Part shown: piece after piece, positions 18,985 through 28,833 of the stretch
Position numbering within the stretch: the first letter of the stretch is position 1
How the letters are laid out: each line of letters starts with the position of its first letter
From: Thermoproteota archaeon
Lineage (GTDB): Archaea; Korarchaeota; Korarchaeia; B14-G2
NCBI GenBank assembly: GCA_037917675.1
Contig: JAVCBW010000025.1
Coordinates: 1-64,000 of the forward strand
DNA length: 64,000 nucleotides
Reading direction: 5' to 3'
Notes under the pieces: generated by a model
The model's input: the letters and a program-made list of their open reading frames with translations, nothing else
The model's database searches: none
What the model was told of the DNA's origin: nothing
Position numbers and translations under genes: made by a program

Positions 18985-19854
18985 TTATATAAGCTTAAAG
19001 AGCAGTATATATGAGAAGGGAAGCAGCGCTAACACGTGCTTTAATGCAGGTGCTATGCTTCCATATACGAATTTGCCTGAAAGCAGTCCAGCAGAGATAG
19101 CTTGAGCAAGTGAGAAGTAGTAGAAGTAGTATTTGTATCTTGTCATCTGCTCCTGGACTATTGCTGCTATAACCTCTTGGTTTATTGTGGTAACTTCACC
19201 TCCAAGTGCCCCACCACCCATAGTGGCCTGTATAGCTAGGATCTGTGGGAGGAAAGTTTTCATCAGAACTAGGACTATTATTAAGAAGACTGCATAGGCT
19301 AGGTACATTGTCCACTGGTAAGGCCTCAGCTGGCCCTCTTTCTCCTTTAAGATAGTCCTTATCTGCCTCGAGTCTCTTGCTACGCTTTCCAGGATGTGTC
19401 TGACGTCTCCTCCAGCTCTAGAGGCTTCAACTATTATGGAAATAGACCTCTTTACAGGGAACGTTGGGATTCTATGGGTAAATGCCTTTAGTGCCATCTC
19501 CAGTGGGACACCCATTTTAATCTGTGTTGATATCCTCTTTATCTCTGGTGTGAGAGCTCCATAGTCTCTTTGGCTTGCTTCAGCGAAGGCATGTGGTATA
19601 GACATTCCAGTTGCCTGCATCATTGCTAGGTCTCTGACGAAATCTGGTAGGTGCTCCTCTACACTCCGCATTCTTCTAAACTCTATTTCTTTCAGGGCTG
19701 TTATAGGTGTCAAGGCTATGTAGATAGATACCAGAATAATGAGGTGGAATGTATCAGAGTATCCAAACTTGTCATATCCCATAGCCAGTGTGACTATGGC
19801 TATGATGAGTGAAACTGCCCCTACAACAACCTTTACTCTAGTGGGTATCAGCAA
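18985..19854 (-). CDS. Type II secretion F / TadC-like pilus platform membrane protein
   Basis: EHLPDFVRDL..GMSI...DYGALTPEI..GGDV motif and transmembrane helices. Confidence 0.88.
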   Translation of the reverse strand: MLIPTRVKVVVGAVSLIIAIVTLAMGYDKFGYSDTFHLIILVSIYIALTPITALKEIEFRRMRSVEEHLPDFVRDLAMMQATGMSIPHAFAEASQRDYGALTPEIKRISTQIKMGVPLEMALKAFTHRIPTFPVKRSISIIVEASRAGGDVRHILESVARDSRQIRTILKEKEGQLRPYQWTMYLAYAVFLIIVLVLMKTFLPQILAIQATMGGGALGGEVTTINQEVIAAIVQEQMTRYKYYFYYFSLAQAISAGLLSGKFVYGSIAPALKHVLALLPFSYILLFKLI

Positions 19855-19922
19855 GATCCCACTAGAGGCTTGCTCCTGGCAACTTTAATAAACTATACTC
19901 TCGTTCAGATTATGGGGAGATT

Positions 19923-21524
19923 TTGAAAAGTGCAAAGAAGGAAACTGCCACAAGCATCAGCAAACTATCTGCTGAAATAAGCTTTAGACCACGTAGTATA
20001 GAGGATAGGAGGGTGCTTGAAGTTAAGCCTCTCATAAAGCCGTTCGCTTATGCTGTCTTAAGGCAGCTACCAACAGGGGAGAAGATATATCTTGTGCTAG
20101 AGCCTCCATTGAGCAAGGATGAGAAGAAGGTAGTAGAGAAGATAGAGAAGCTCCTCATAGAGTCTATCGACATGGATTTCGAGGTCTTTGTAGATAAAGC
20201 TGAGCTAAAGAGCTTTGTTGAAAAGAGGGTTAGAGAGCTCCTCAGGCTGCTTGGTGTAAAGGTGAGTGAGAAAGAGTTCCAGAAGATACTTTACTATGTC
20301 TATAGGGACTTTGCAGGGCTGGAGAAGATAGAGCCACTTATGCACGACCCTGATATAGAAGACATATCATGTGATGGCTACGGTAAGGATAGGCCTGTTT
20401 TCATATACCATAAGCTGTATCAGAACATACCAACGAACATTTACTTTGAAACAGAGGAGGAGCTCAACAGGTTTCTCATAAAGCTTGCTCAGAAGTGTGG
20501 GAAGCACATTTCAGTTGCAGAGCCAATCTTAGATGGAAGGCTACCAGATGGAAGCCGTGTGCAAGCTACATATGGCAGAGAAGTAACGAGGCATGGAGGA
20601 ACATTTACAATAAGGAAGTTCACAGTTAACCCTCTTACCCCAATAGACCTGATAAAATATGGGACTTTTGATACTAAGTCGATGGCTTTCCTCTGGTATG
20701 CCATGGAGAACAAGGTGAGTGTTCTCGTATGTGGGAGTACTGCTGTAGGGAAGACTACAACTCTAAACTGCCTACTGATGTTTGCTCACCCTGATGCTAA
20801 GATAGTCACAATAGAGGAGACACCAGAGATAAGGATCCCCCACAAGAATTGGATATCATCTGTTACTAGATCTGGGTATGGCGCATACATAGGAGATAGG
20901 AGGATTGGAGAGATAGACATGTTTGACTTACTCAAAGCTGCACTGAGGCAGAGGCCAGATTTCCTCGTCATAGGAGAGATAAGAGGGAGAGAGGCGTACA
21001 CTCTGTTCCAGGCTATGGCAAGTGGGCACATGGGAATGTCGACTCTCCACGCTGACTCTGTGGAGGATGTCATCCATAGGCTAGAGGGGAAGCCTATAAA
21101 TGTGCCTAGAGTTATGCTTAAGCTATTAAACCTGATAATATTCCAAAGCAACATAGTACTGCCGAGTGGAAAGATTGGTAGAAGAGTAAAGGTAATACAG
21201 GAGGTTGTTGATGTAGATCCCATAACTAGGGAGCTCCTAGTAAACAAGGTATTCTATAGAGACCCTATAGCAGACAGGCTCATCTTCACTGGAAGAAGCT
21301 ATTACTTGGAGAAGATAGAGGAGGAAAAGGGCATACCACTCGAGAAAAGCCTTGAGGAAATAGAGAACAGGAGGCTTGTGCTAGAGTGGCTTGTCAAAAA
21401 TGACATAAGAGACTATGAGAGCGTCACTAGCGTAATCAGAAGGTACTATGCTGATAAGGATGGCATACTAGCGAAGATTAGAAGTAGGCTCTATGAGAGC
21501 ACAGATAGCTCATCTAGCCGTTAG
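19923..21524 (+). CDS. Type II/IV secretion (pilus assembly) ATPase, VirB11/ArlI family
   Basis: DPDIEDISCDG, FTIRKF, GSTAVGKTT, ALRQRPD and GEIRG motifs. Confidence 0.92.
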   Translation: MKSAKKETATSISKLSAEISFRPRSIEDRRVLEVKPLIKPFAYAVLRQLPTGEKIYLVLEPPLSKDEKKVVEKIEKLLIESIDMDFEVFVDKAELKSFVEKRVRELLRLLGVKVSEKEFQKILYYVYRDFAGLEKIEPLMHDPDIEDISCDGYGKDRPVFIYHKLYQNIPTNIYFETEEELNRFLIKLAQKCGKHISVAEPILDGRLPDGSRVQATYGREVTRHGGTFTIRKFTVNPLTPIDLIKYGTFDTKSMAFLWYAMENKVSVLVCGSTAVGKTTTLNCLLMFAHPDAKIVTIEETPEIRIPHKNWISSVTRSGYGAYIGDRRIGEIDMFDLLKAALRQRPDFLVIGEIRGREAYTLFQAMASGHMGMSTLHADSVEDVIHRLEGKPINVPRVMLKLLNLIIFQSNIVLPSGKIGRRVKVIQEVVDVDPITRELLVNKVFYRDPIADRLIFTGRSYYLEKIEEEKGIPLEKSLEEIENRRLVLEWLVKNDIRDYESVTSVIRRYYADKDGILAKIRSRLYESTDSSSSR

Positions 21525-21539
21525 CATGAGGGGAGGGAT

Positions 21540-21743
21540 ATGGATAGGAGAAAGAAGGCACATGTCATTAGATTCTATGGGAGGATTGGAGCTGAGCTTA
21601 TGGAGCTAGATGCAAAATTAGACAACTTATATTTGAGGGGGAAGATCTCGAGTGAAGTTTACCTGAAGGTGAAGCATATAGTTAGGAGGTATGAGGAGAA
21701 GGTGGAGAGGTTTTTAGCTGAGGTGGAGGGGCTAGTAGGCTAG
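21540..21743 (+). CDS. Small helical hypothetical protein
   Basis: 67 aa with a GAGGGGG SD, directly downstream of the ATPase. Confidence 0.6.
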   Translation: MDRRKKAHVIRFYGRIGAELMELDAKLDNLYLRGKISSEVYLKVKHIVRRYEEKVERFLAEVEGLVG

Positions 21744-22468
21744 CTGATATGGGCAGCTATCTTCTCAGCTACCTCCTTTAGCGCTTTGGTAGCTTTAGCT
21801 CTTGGATATCTCTCAGCTAGAACCTCGAGTCGCATTGTAGCTTTCCTGACCACCTTATCATTGGGGACTACACCTATTACTTGAACTCCCAAGATCTCCT
21901 CTATCTTATGGACAGCTCTCCTTACAGCTCCTCTCCATCCTATTACGTCATTTAGCACCAGGCCTATAGGCTGCCGCTGAAGCTTGTCTGCAAGCGACTT
22001 CAGCTTAAGAGCGGCATCAATACCCCAGGGGTTAAGTTCCTCAACAAGCATATACCTATCTGAGGCAGCCATAGAAGCTATGACTACGCTGTTTATCCCA
22101 GCAGGAGCATCTATTAGAGTCGCATCAACGTTACTCTGAGAGGTTTCTAGCAGCTTTTCCGCAAGTATCTTTGGGCTGCTGGTAACTAAATCATGTAGGG
22201 CTGTACCAGATGGGACAACAAATAGATTTGGAAGTAGAGGTGTTGGCCTCATTATCTGAGTTAGCTTGATGGCAGGATCTTTTAGAGCGTCTCTGAGCGA
22301 TAGAGTATAGTTCACCTTGAAGAGCCTAGTCAAGCATGATAAGCCTACGTCAGCGTCTATCAGACATGTCTTCTTTCTGTACTCTGATGCAAGGATATAG
22401 CCTAAGCTAGCAGCTACTGTAGTCTTCCCTGTTCCACCTTTACCTGAGACTATGGCTATAGTAAGCAA
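21740..22468 (-). CDS. MinD/ParA-family ATPase
   Basis: Deviant Walker A SGKGGTGKTT, IDAD and IDAPAG motifs. Confidence 0.88.
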   Translation of the reverse strand: MLTIAIVSGKGGTGKTTVAASLGYILASEYRKKTCLIDADVGLSCLTRLFKVNYTLSLRDALKDPAIKLTQIMRPTPLLPNLFVVPSGTALHDLVTSSPKILAEKLLETSQSNVDATLIDAPAGINSVVIASMAASDRYMLVEELNPWGIDAALKLKSLADKLQRQPIGLVLNDVIGWRGAVRRAVHKIEEILGVQVIGVVPNDKVVRKATMRLEVLAERYPRAKATKALKEVAEKIAAHIS

Positions 22469-22476
22469 GTGCTCAC

Positions 22477-22686
22477 CTAGAGACTTCTGAAGACGTCGAG
22501 CTCCTCTAGGGGAGACTTTTTCTCTGCCTCCTCTATCATCCTCTTAATCGCTTGTATTTCTCTGAGCATTGCTTCAAGATCCTCCTCAGTAAGCTCGCTT
22601 TTCCCACTGAGGTAGATTCTTATTCTGTCAGCTGCTAGGATACCAGCTAGCACCCAGCCTGAGAGAGAGATCGGGTCTAAGCTCAT
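22477..22686 (-). CDS. Small protein with hydrophobic N-terminus and coiled coil
   Basis: 69 aa between crenactin and MinD; GAGAGG SD and TTTAAATA upstream. Confidence 0.7.
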   Translation of the reverse strand: MSLDPISLSGWVLAGILAADRIRIYLSGKSELTEEDLEAMLREIQAIKRMIEEAEKKSPLEELDVFRSL

Positions 22687-22730
22687 GGTATCCTCTCTAC
22701 ATGTATCAGGTATTTAAATGTCTTAGGCTG

Positions 22731-24026
22731 CTAGTCTCTTATAAAGAAAACCCATCCTTCTCTGGTCTTGGGATCCCATTCTATCTCAGGCTTTAGGAAG
22801 GTAGCGTAGAAAATGCACCCTCTCCAGACTGAGTATTGTGGGTCGCTTGCCATCATGACCCTTGGTACATCTATGTTTTCCTTTCGCAGCTCATATCTGA
22901 TTTTTGTAGGTGCGCCTACGGCATAGTTGCTGAGCTCAGGGGGGGCTTTCCATGAGAAGTTTCCTCCTGAGAGGATTATCATGCTTGTTACGTATCTTCT
23001 GACCTCTATTGCACACTTATCTAGCGACTCCTTCACAACTTGAGCTATGCTAGCGTCTCCTGGTATCCTCCCCCAGGGTAGAGGGGTGTCGAGAGGCCTG
23101 TGAAAGCCTCTGCTATAGTATGATTCGAACTCCTGGTGGGAGGGGTTGAAGAAGTATTCTCCTATGAGAAACCTTTGCCAGCTCTCTTTCTCCATCTCTA
23201 TGCGTACTCCAGCTTCTGGGATCTGAAACACAGCCCTGAACCTTCTTGGGTTCCTTTTTGCCTCTGATATCGCTCTATCTAGGTCTAGGGGGATCAGCCC
23301 TACTGCCTCCTTAAACTCCGTGACTATCTTCTCCTCTCTAGCTATATCCTGGTATCCCAGGTCTCTTAGTATCTGTCTTGCCATGTTATCTGCATCTTGT
23401 CCTCCTCTATTCAGAGGGATCATCGCGCCATATATTATCCCTCGGCTTATCGGTGTTATCTGAGTGTTCCCGTGCCCTGACTCTATGACTATGCAGTGTA
23501 TTTGCTTCTGTGAGATAGCTACAGCAAGAGGCTGTGGTATTATCGTAAGCGCCTGCACTAGAGGCTGGCTAGACTCCTCGTTTATCTCGCGGTGTATGTC
23601 TATGAGCTTTTCATACATTGAGTTTGGTGAGTTGGCAGCTATCGCTGCAGCAACCCAAAACCCTTTGAAGCCAGGGTAGTGTAGGTCACCGGGTCTTGGA
23701 GCATATTTGTTTAAGGCGTATCTGGTTATCTCCTTTATGACAGCCCATCCCTTCTCATCGTCTCTGCTCACTGTCCCGTATCTCATTGGGTAATATAGCT
23801 TTGAGAGGTCGCTTATTGACTGGAGGAACTGAGCTAGGTCTGGGCCCACAATCACCTTGGTAGCTGGGGCTCCTAGAGCTTGTTCTACACGTGTTGGTGT
23901 GTAGAAGTAGCCTCTATTCTCAAACATGTCTGGCTTGTTACCTAGAGCTGCTGGGCCGAACTTGAAGTATGATGTCCCATAGTCTTCTCCAAACGCTAGG
24001 AGCTTTCTTCTTTCAACCCACTCCAT
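22731..24026 (-). CDS. Crenactin (archaeal actin homolog)
   Basis: 431 aa; phosphate-1 GEDYGTSYFKFG, IIPQPLAVA, phosphate-2 IESGHGNTQ, adenosine LSGGN and DPQYSVWRG motifs. Confidence 0.92.
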   Translation of the reverse strand: MEWVERRKLLAFGEDYGTSYFKFGPAALGNKPDMFENRGYFYTPTRVEQALGAPATKVIVGPDLAQFLQSISDLSKLYYPMRYGTVSRDDEKGWAVIKEITRYALNKYAPRPGDLHYPGFKGFWVAAAIAANSPNSMYEKLIDIHREINEESSQPLVQALTIIPQPLAVAISQKQIHCIVIESGHGNTQITPISRGIIYGAMIPLNRGGQDADNMARQILRDLGYQDIAREEKIVTEFKEAVGLIPLDLDRAISEAKRNPRRFRAVFQIPEAGVRIEMEKESWQRFLIGEYFFNPSHQEFESYYSRGFHRPLDTPLPWGRIPGDASIAQVVKESLDKCAIEVRRYVTSMIILSGGNFSWKAPPELSNYAVGAPTKIRYELRKENIDVPRVMMASDPQYSVWRGCIFYATFLKPEIEWDPKTREGWVFFIRD

Positions 24027-24086
24027 GAGCGAGTCACTAGGAAGCTATGCTGAACTAATTTAAAGGTTCTATCATGCAAGTGTGTA

Positions 24087-24767
24087 GTGGTTAGGTTGGC
24101 GAGGGTAGTTGAGATACTTCCTGAGCTTTATGCTATAGTCAGCTATGGTTTTAGCTCTAACAGCTACGTGGTGAAGTCGGATCCGCCTGTGGTAGTTGAT
24201 ACTGGGCTGAGTGAGGTGGTAGGAGAGCTAGTGAGGCTCCTCAAGGCCAGAGAGGCTGTTGTAGTGTTTACACATGCCCACTTCGATCATACTGGAGGCT
24301 TTAAGATGCTCTCGAGGAGGATAAGATGCTATACTGTCGCTAGTAGAGAGGATGGTGAAGCTCTTATTAGAGGAGATGAGGACAGGATACTCTACAAGTT
24401 CTTTGGTATCAAGGATTATAGGGTTAGTATAGATAGGTTTGTTAGAGAGGGAAGCACGATAGAGGCTGGCGACTATGAGTTTAGGGTACTAGAGACACCA
24501 GGGCATACACCTGGCTCAATTTGCCTCTATGAAGAAAGATATAGGATTCTAGTCAGTGGAGATACTGTGTTCACTGGTGGAGGTGTTGGGAGAGTAGACT
24601 TTCCAGGTGGGAGCTTTAGATATCTCCTGAGATCTCTAAGGAGGCTTGCATCACTTGAGGTGAGGGCTCTTCTCCCTGGGCATGGGAGCATAGAGACTGA
24701 GGATGGAGGTAGTGAGGTTAAGCTGGCTTTAACTATGGTTGAGAGGATGGGAGCTAGCTTCTTTTGA
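24087..24767 (+). CDS. MBL-fold metallo-hydrolase
   Basis: THAHFDHTGG, TPGHTPG, SGD and PGHG motifs. Confidence 0.9.
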   Translation: MVRLARVVEILPELYAIVSYGFSSNSYVVKSDPPVVVDTGLSEVVGELVRLLKAREAVVVFTHAHFDHTGGFKMLSRRIRCYTVASREDGEALIRGDEDRILYKFFGIKDYRVSIDRFVREGSTIEAGDYEFRVLETPGHTPGSICLYEERYRILVSGDTVFTGGGVGRVDFPGGSFRYLLRSLRRLASLEVRALLPGHGSIETEDGGSEVKLALTMVERMGASFF

Positions 24768-25815
24768 CAGCTGCACCATCTACAGCTATGGTAGCTGGCC
24801 TCCCCTCTTCTCCATCTACTGTGAATTGCACTCCCAGGATTCTTTCTGCTACAGCTATGTTAGATAGGGTATGTAGCGTTAGGCATGATACTCTTATCTC
24901 TGAGCGTCCTGATGCCATAGCCATGTAGGGGATCAGCATGTCACCTAGGTGGCGGTCGACTGGAGCACCTAGCTGGATTTCATCGAGAAGCTTCTCAGCT
25001 GCCTCTCTACCTACCTCCTCACTAGGCTTTCCTCTCTTGCCTAGAGCATCTGCACCAAGTATGTTACCTAGCTCATCTACTGCCCAGAGTACTATGCCTG
25101 CTCCAGGGCCTAGGTGCTCTCTGTTAGGCCTGTAATCTAGCTTTATCTCCACGTCCTGTATGCCATGAGCTCTGAGTTCCTTTTCTGCTGAAGCAGCTAT
25201 CCTCTCTGCTACATGTCTAGGTAGCTTGACTGCATGAGCTATCCCAGATACCTTTACTATTCTCCCTCTCTCTGTCCTTGAGATGGGGGCGAGCACACTC
25301 ACAGGCTCTACTTCAACTTCACAAAGACCTCCTCCTCTAGGATAGTGCCCCCTACGTAATAAGCTAAGGGATACTCTAATGCCCATGACTCTCAGAGCAG
25401 GGAGGAACACATGGTGAAAGTAGTCTATGGGAGGCGCCATCGGGACATCTGTGCCTCCTATGACCTTCAGCCTTACTTTAGATGAAGCGAATGCTGCTGC
25501 AGGGAGTATAGCTTGGAGGAGGAGAGTTATCGACCCTGCTGTCCCTATGTCTAGGACATATGACCCTCCTAGAACCTTCTGCGGGTAGAATGAGACGTCT
25601 TGTGAGCTTATTGAGAGGCCTGTAGCTTTTCCTGCAGTCATCCTTACTAGAGCTTTGGCTACCATGAGGTGCTGTGGCCTCAGCCCAGGCTTTGGCCTTT
25701 TGGCTCGTATCTTGAATACCCTAACAGGCTTCCTAGCTGCAGCAGATAGGGCTAGTGAGCTCCTGAATATTGCTCCACCACCTTCATATATGCTCCCATC
25801 TATTTCTACAAGCAT
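24754..25815 (-). CDS. rtcA: RNA 3'-terminal phosphate cyclase
   Basis: [22 protein letters not shown] and DRHLGD motifs; start ATG 25815. Confidence 0.92.
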   Translation of the reverse strand: MLVEIDGSIYEGGGAIFRSSLALSAAARKPVRVFKIRAKRPKPGLRPQHLMVAKALVRMTAGKATGLSISSQDVSFYPQKVLGGSYVLDIGTAGSITLLLQAILPAAAFASSKVRLKVIGGTDVPMAPPIDYFHHVFLPALRVMGIRVSLSLLRRGHYPRGGGLCEVEVEPVSVLAPISRTERGRIVKVSGIAHAVKLPRHVAERIAASAEKELRAHGIQDVEIKLDYRPNREHLGPGAGIVLWAVDELGNILGADALGKRGKPSEEVGREAAEKLLDEIQLGAPVDRHLGDMLIPYMAMASGRSEIRVSCLTLHTLSNIAVAERILGVQFTVDGEEGRPATIAVDGAAVKRS

Positions 25816-25849
25816 CTCAGACCCCTGAGGCATGAGGTGAGGTGGTAAA

Positions 25850-26383
25850 GTGCATGCATTAGTCATCGGGAGGTTTCAGCCACTACACCTGGGGCATGTT
25901 CACGCACTTAAGTATGTGATGAGCAGGTGTAGCTACATGATAATTGGTGTAGGGAGTTCACAGTACTCTTGGACTTGGAGAAACCCCTTCTCGGCTTCAG
26001 AGAGGATGGAGATGATTGTAAGAGCACTTAGAGCTGAGGGCATGGATCTAGGTAGGATAGCTTTAGTACCCATCCCAGACAGCACGCCTGACCAGCCTAA
26101 CTGGCCTAAGATAGTCTTAGAGAGAAGCCCTAAGTTTGATGTCGTGTACTCCAATGACAGCTGGACTCGCAGAGAGCTTGAGGCAGCCGGTATTGCAGTG
26201 AAGCCTATACCATTTTACCATAGAGATGTGTACTCGGCAACTAGGATAAGGACCCTAATGGCCTCTGGTGACAGCAGCTGGGTAAAGCTTGTCCCGAGAG
26301 CTGTCGTTGAGTTTATAGAGGAGGTGAATGGAGTAGACAGAGTTAGAGAGATATGGGTAAGACGGCAGAAGTTAGGCAGCTAA
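25850..26383 (+). CDS. Nicotinamide-nucleotide adenylyltransferase
   Basis: GRFQPLHLGH, NPFSASER and SATRIR motifs. Confidence 0.9.
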   Translation: MHALVIGRFQPLHLGHVHALKYVMSRCSYMIIGVGSSQYSWTWRNPFSASERMEMIVRALRAEGMDLGRIALVPIPDSTPDQPNWPKIVLERSPKFDVVYSNDSWTRRELEAAGIAVKPIPFYHRDVYSATRIRTLMASGDSSWVKLVPRAVVEFIEEVNGVDRVREIWVRRQKLGS

Positions 26384-27924
26384 GATCCTGGTAGGACTTC
26401 CAGAGCTCCTTGCCTATAGGCTTGGACCACTCTCTTCCCTAGCCCTCCTCTCCGAGCTAATATGATCTTCCCATTTTCATCCGTTAAGGCAGATCCTATG
26501 AGCCTTCCATGAGCATAGAAGGATACTTCTGTGTTCATGTGTTCTTCTCCGAGGTCTATTACAACAGAATTCTTTCTGAGCGTAACCCTGTAGTGTATGC
26601 CTGTAGCAGGTCTTGCAACAGGCATCACAATGACTTCTTCAGCAAAGCTATAGATTTCATACTCTACGCTTCCAGTCTCGAAGTCTTTGACGAGAACTAC
26701 TGGCCTAGCGAGGGCCTTATCCCGTAGGCCTGTTGGGAGCTTCACTACTAGTGAGAGGGCATATACCTTCTCTATGGCTCCATCTCGGATGAAGATCACT
26801 GTATCCACTACATGAGGTATGATACCTAGCTCTACTCTGCCTATAAACCTCTCTATGGCTTCTATTGGAGAGCCACAGTGCACCACTCCTATCATCCCTA
26901 TTCCAGCTAGCCTCATGTCTCTGTATACGTCAAAGTCATCATCTGATCTCATCTCATCAAAGCAGATGACATCAGGCCTCACTAGCAGAAGCACTTCACA
27001 GGACTCCTTGAATGAGCCATTTATCTTGCCATACTGTGTTATCTCTGGGCCTACCTGGAGGTCTCTCGGCGACTCTAAGGTTTTAACGATTTTTCCAGCC
27101 TCTCTGTAGAAGTCTGCTAGAGCGCTCGTGAATGTTGTCTTACCTGCTCCAGGTGGGCCAGCCACAAGTATTCCTTCAGATTTCTCAGCTAGCCTTCTTT
27201 TCAGCTTTGAGGAAAGCCTATAGTCCTCTAGCGTGACCTTAGCTATGGGTTTTACAGCAGTGATCTCTATTCCATCAGAGAATGGTGGGAAAGCTATGGC
27301 TATACGGTAGCTCCCATACTGTATGACATAGGCATTTCTCTTTGAGACCTCTAGCATGCAGTCAGGGTCTTCTCCAGCCTTCTCTAGGAGCGCGTGAGCT
27401 ATCGATAATAGCTGCTCTCTTTGGATGGGGGTCTCAGACAGCGCTACAAGCTTTATCCTGCCGGGCTTTCCTACTTTAGCTGTTGGGGGTACACCTTCTT
27501 TGAGGTGGATGCTTAAAGTGTCCTTCTTGAAGAGCGTGAAGAACTCGCTGAGATCTGCCTCTGGAGGAAGGTACTTGTGTGGGACTCCAAGCGACTTGAG
27601 GATCTGAGATCTTATCTTGTCTGCTGTAAGCACTGTGAGCTCAGGAGTAGAGTCAGCTAGCTTTCTGAGTGAAGCAGCATCAAGCTTCACAGGTACTATA
27701 GAGAGCTTTGTAACAGCTTTCTTCTCGATGAGGAGAGGTATGCTCTCAAGCTCTAGGAGTGCAGCTCTAGCAAAGAAATCTCCTCTCCTAGCTTGCTGCT
27801 CAAGTTCACCTACCATGAAACTGGATATAACGAGCTCTGCTGGAGTCTCCAATATCCCGTGTTCAAATGCAGTTCGAAGCTTACCTCTCTCTAGAACAGA
27901 GCGGTCTACTAGGTACTTTGGCAT
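26380..27924 (-). CDS. PINA ATPase (PIN-like + VirB11-type ATPase)
   Basis: SIHLKEG, GPPGAGKTT, ESPRDL, RLAGIGMIGVVH and EYEIYSF motifs. Confidence 0.88.
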   Translation of the reverse strand: MPKYLVDRSVLERGKLRTAFEHGILETPAELVISSFMVGELEQQARRGDFFARAALLELESIPLLIEKKAVTKLSIVPVKLDAASLRKLADSTPELTVLTADKIRSQILKSLGVPHKYLPPEADLSEFFTLFKKDTLSIHLKEGVPPTAKVGKPGRIKLVALSETPIQREQLLSIAHALLEKAGEDPDCMLEVSKRNAYVIQYGSYRIAIAFPPFSDGIEITAVKPIAKVTLEDYRLSSKLKRRLAEKSEGILVAGPPGAGKTTFTSALADFYREAGKIVKTLESPRDLQVGPEITQYGKINGSFKESCEVLLLVRPDVICFDEMRSDDDFDVYRDMRLAGIGMIGVVHCGSPIEAIERFIGRVELGIIPHVVDTVIFIRDGAIEKVYALSLVVKLPTGLRDKALARPVVLVKDFETGSVEYEIYSFAEEVIVMPVARPATGIHYRVTLRKNSVVIDLGEEHMNTEVSFYAHGRLIGSALTDENGKIILARRGGLGKRVVQAYRQGALEVLPGS

Positions 27925-28005
27925 AAACTCCCCATGCTTAAGCTATATGTCACCTGGGAGCTAACTCTTAAAGGTTACTTGAAGCTAGTTCTTGGGGCTA
28001 GAGAA

Positions 28006-28248
28006 TTGGATGACTATAGAAAGTGTAGGAGGTGTGGAGCTATTGTTTCTGGAAGCGAGCTTGTTGAAACTGAAAGTGGACATAAGGCCTGCCCGTATTG
28101 TGGATCTACGGTACTAAATGTGATCAGCATAAGGAGCTTTAGGAGAAAGCTTGCCGGTAGGAGAAGCATTGAAGAGGCTCCTGAGAGGGAGGAGGAGAAG
28201 CCGGTGAGGCGGCCTATTAGAAAGAAATCTAAGTACCTTCTTGAGTAA
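28006..28248 (+). CDS. Small zinc-ribbon protein with basic tail
   Basis: CRRCG...CPYCG; probable TTG start at 28006. Confidence 0.6.
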   Translation: MDDYRKCRRCGAIVSGSELVETESGHKACPYCGSTVLNVISIRSFRRKLAGRRSIEEAPEREEEKPVRRPIRKKSKYLLE

Positions 28249-28831
28249 TCCTTAGGATTATCGCTCTGGATGAGACAAACAGCTTATATGGGTCTGTCTC
28301 ACCCCTTAGCTCCTCTAGGATCCTTTCCACAATCTTGCCACAGGGGTCTTTTATTCCAACTCTTTCCTCTATGTCCTTGAAGCTTGAGAAAGGCTTGACC
28401 TTACGTTCATCTAAAATCTTCCACATCGTTTTCTTCCCTATGTTGGGGAGGAGCTCGAGTTGGTGGAGTTTTATGGTTATTGGGCCACTACTGTTGAAAA
28501 ATTCAACGAATTTCCTCTCATTTGTCTCAACTATCCTCCTGACTATCGATGGAAGCTCTGATTTCGCAGAGAACGTTAGGTCTTCGTAACGGATTGTGCG
28601 TATCACATGCTCTACTTCAAGACGTAAGTCCTTATTTGCTCCTATGTAAACCCTCCTGCCGACTTCGACTCTTATTCCAGGAGACAGAGCGAGCTCTAGG
28701 AGTGTGAAGTATTTTTCTCCTATAGCTTGAGCTCTACGCCTCATCCTACTACCAAACACATCTAGAATCACTGAGTAGTCTTCGAGATAGGCTCTTCTCC
28801 TGTCAGAGGTTCTTCTCAAGGAGAGCACCAC
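28229..28831 (-). CDS. DUF655 putative RNA-binding protein
   Basis: AQAIGEKYFTLLE and LHQLELLPNIGKK motifs; conserved position after rpoF. Confidence 0.88.
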   Translation of the reverse strand: MVLSLRRTSDRRRAYLEDYSVILDVFGSRMRRRAQAIGEKYFTLLELALSPGIRVEVGRRVYIGANKDLRLEVEHVIRTIRYEDLTFSAKSELPSIVRRIVETNERKFVEFFNSSGPITIKLHQLELLPNIGKKTMWKILDERKVKPFSSFKDIEERVGIKDPCGKIVERILEELRGETDPYKLFVSSRAIILRITQEGT

Positions 28832-28833
28832 AG

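Noticed and set aside
26380-27924. Third pilus ATPase
   Set aside because: The motifs match the widespread archaeal PINA family (DNA junction processing), not pilus assembly.
28006-28248. RNA polymerase subunit P (Rpo12)
   Set aside because: It has a similar zinc ribbon but lacks the typical ILxKxR tail and the L37ae context; left as a generic Zn ribbon.
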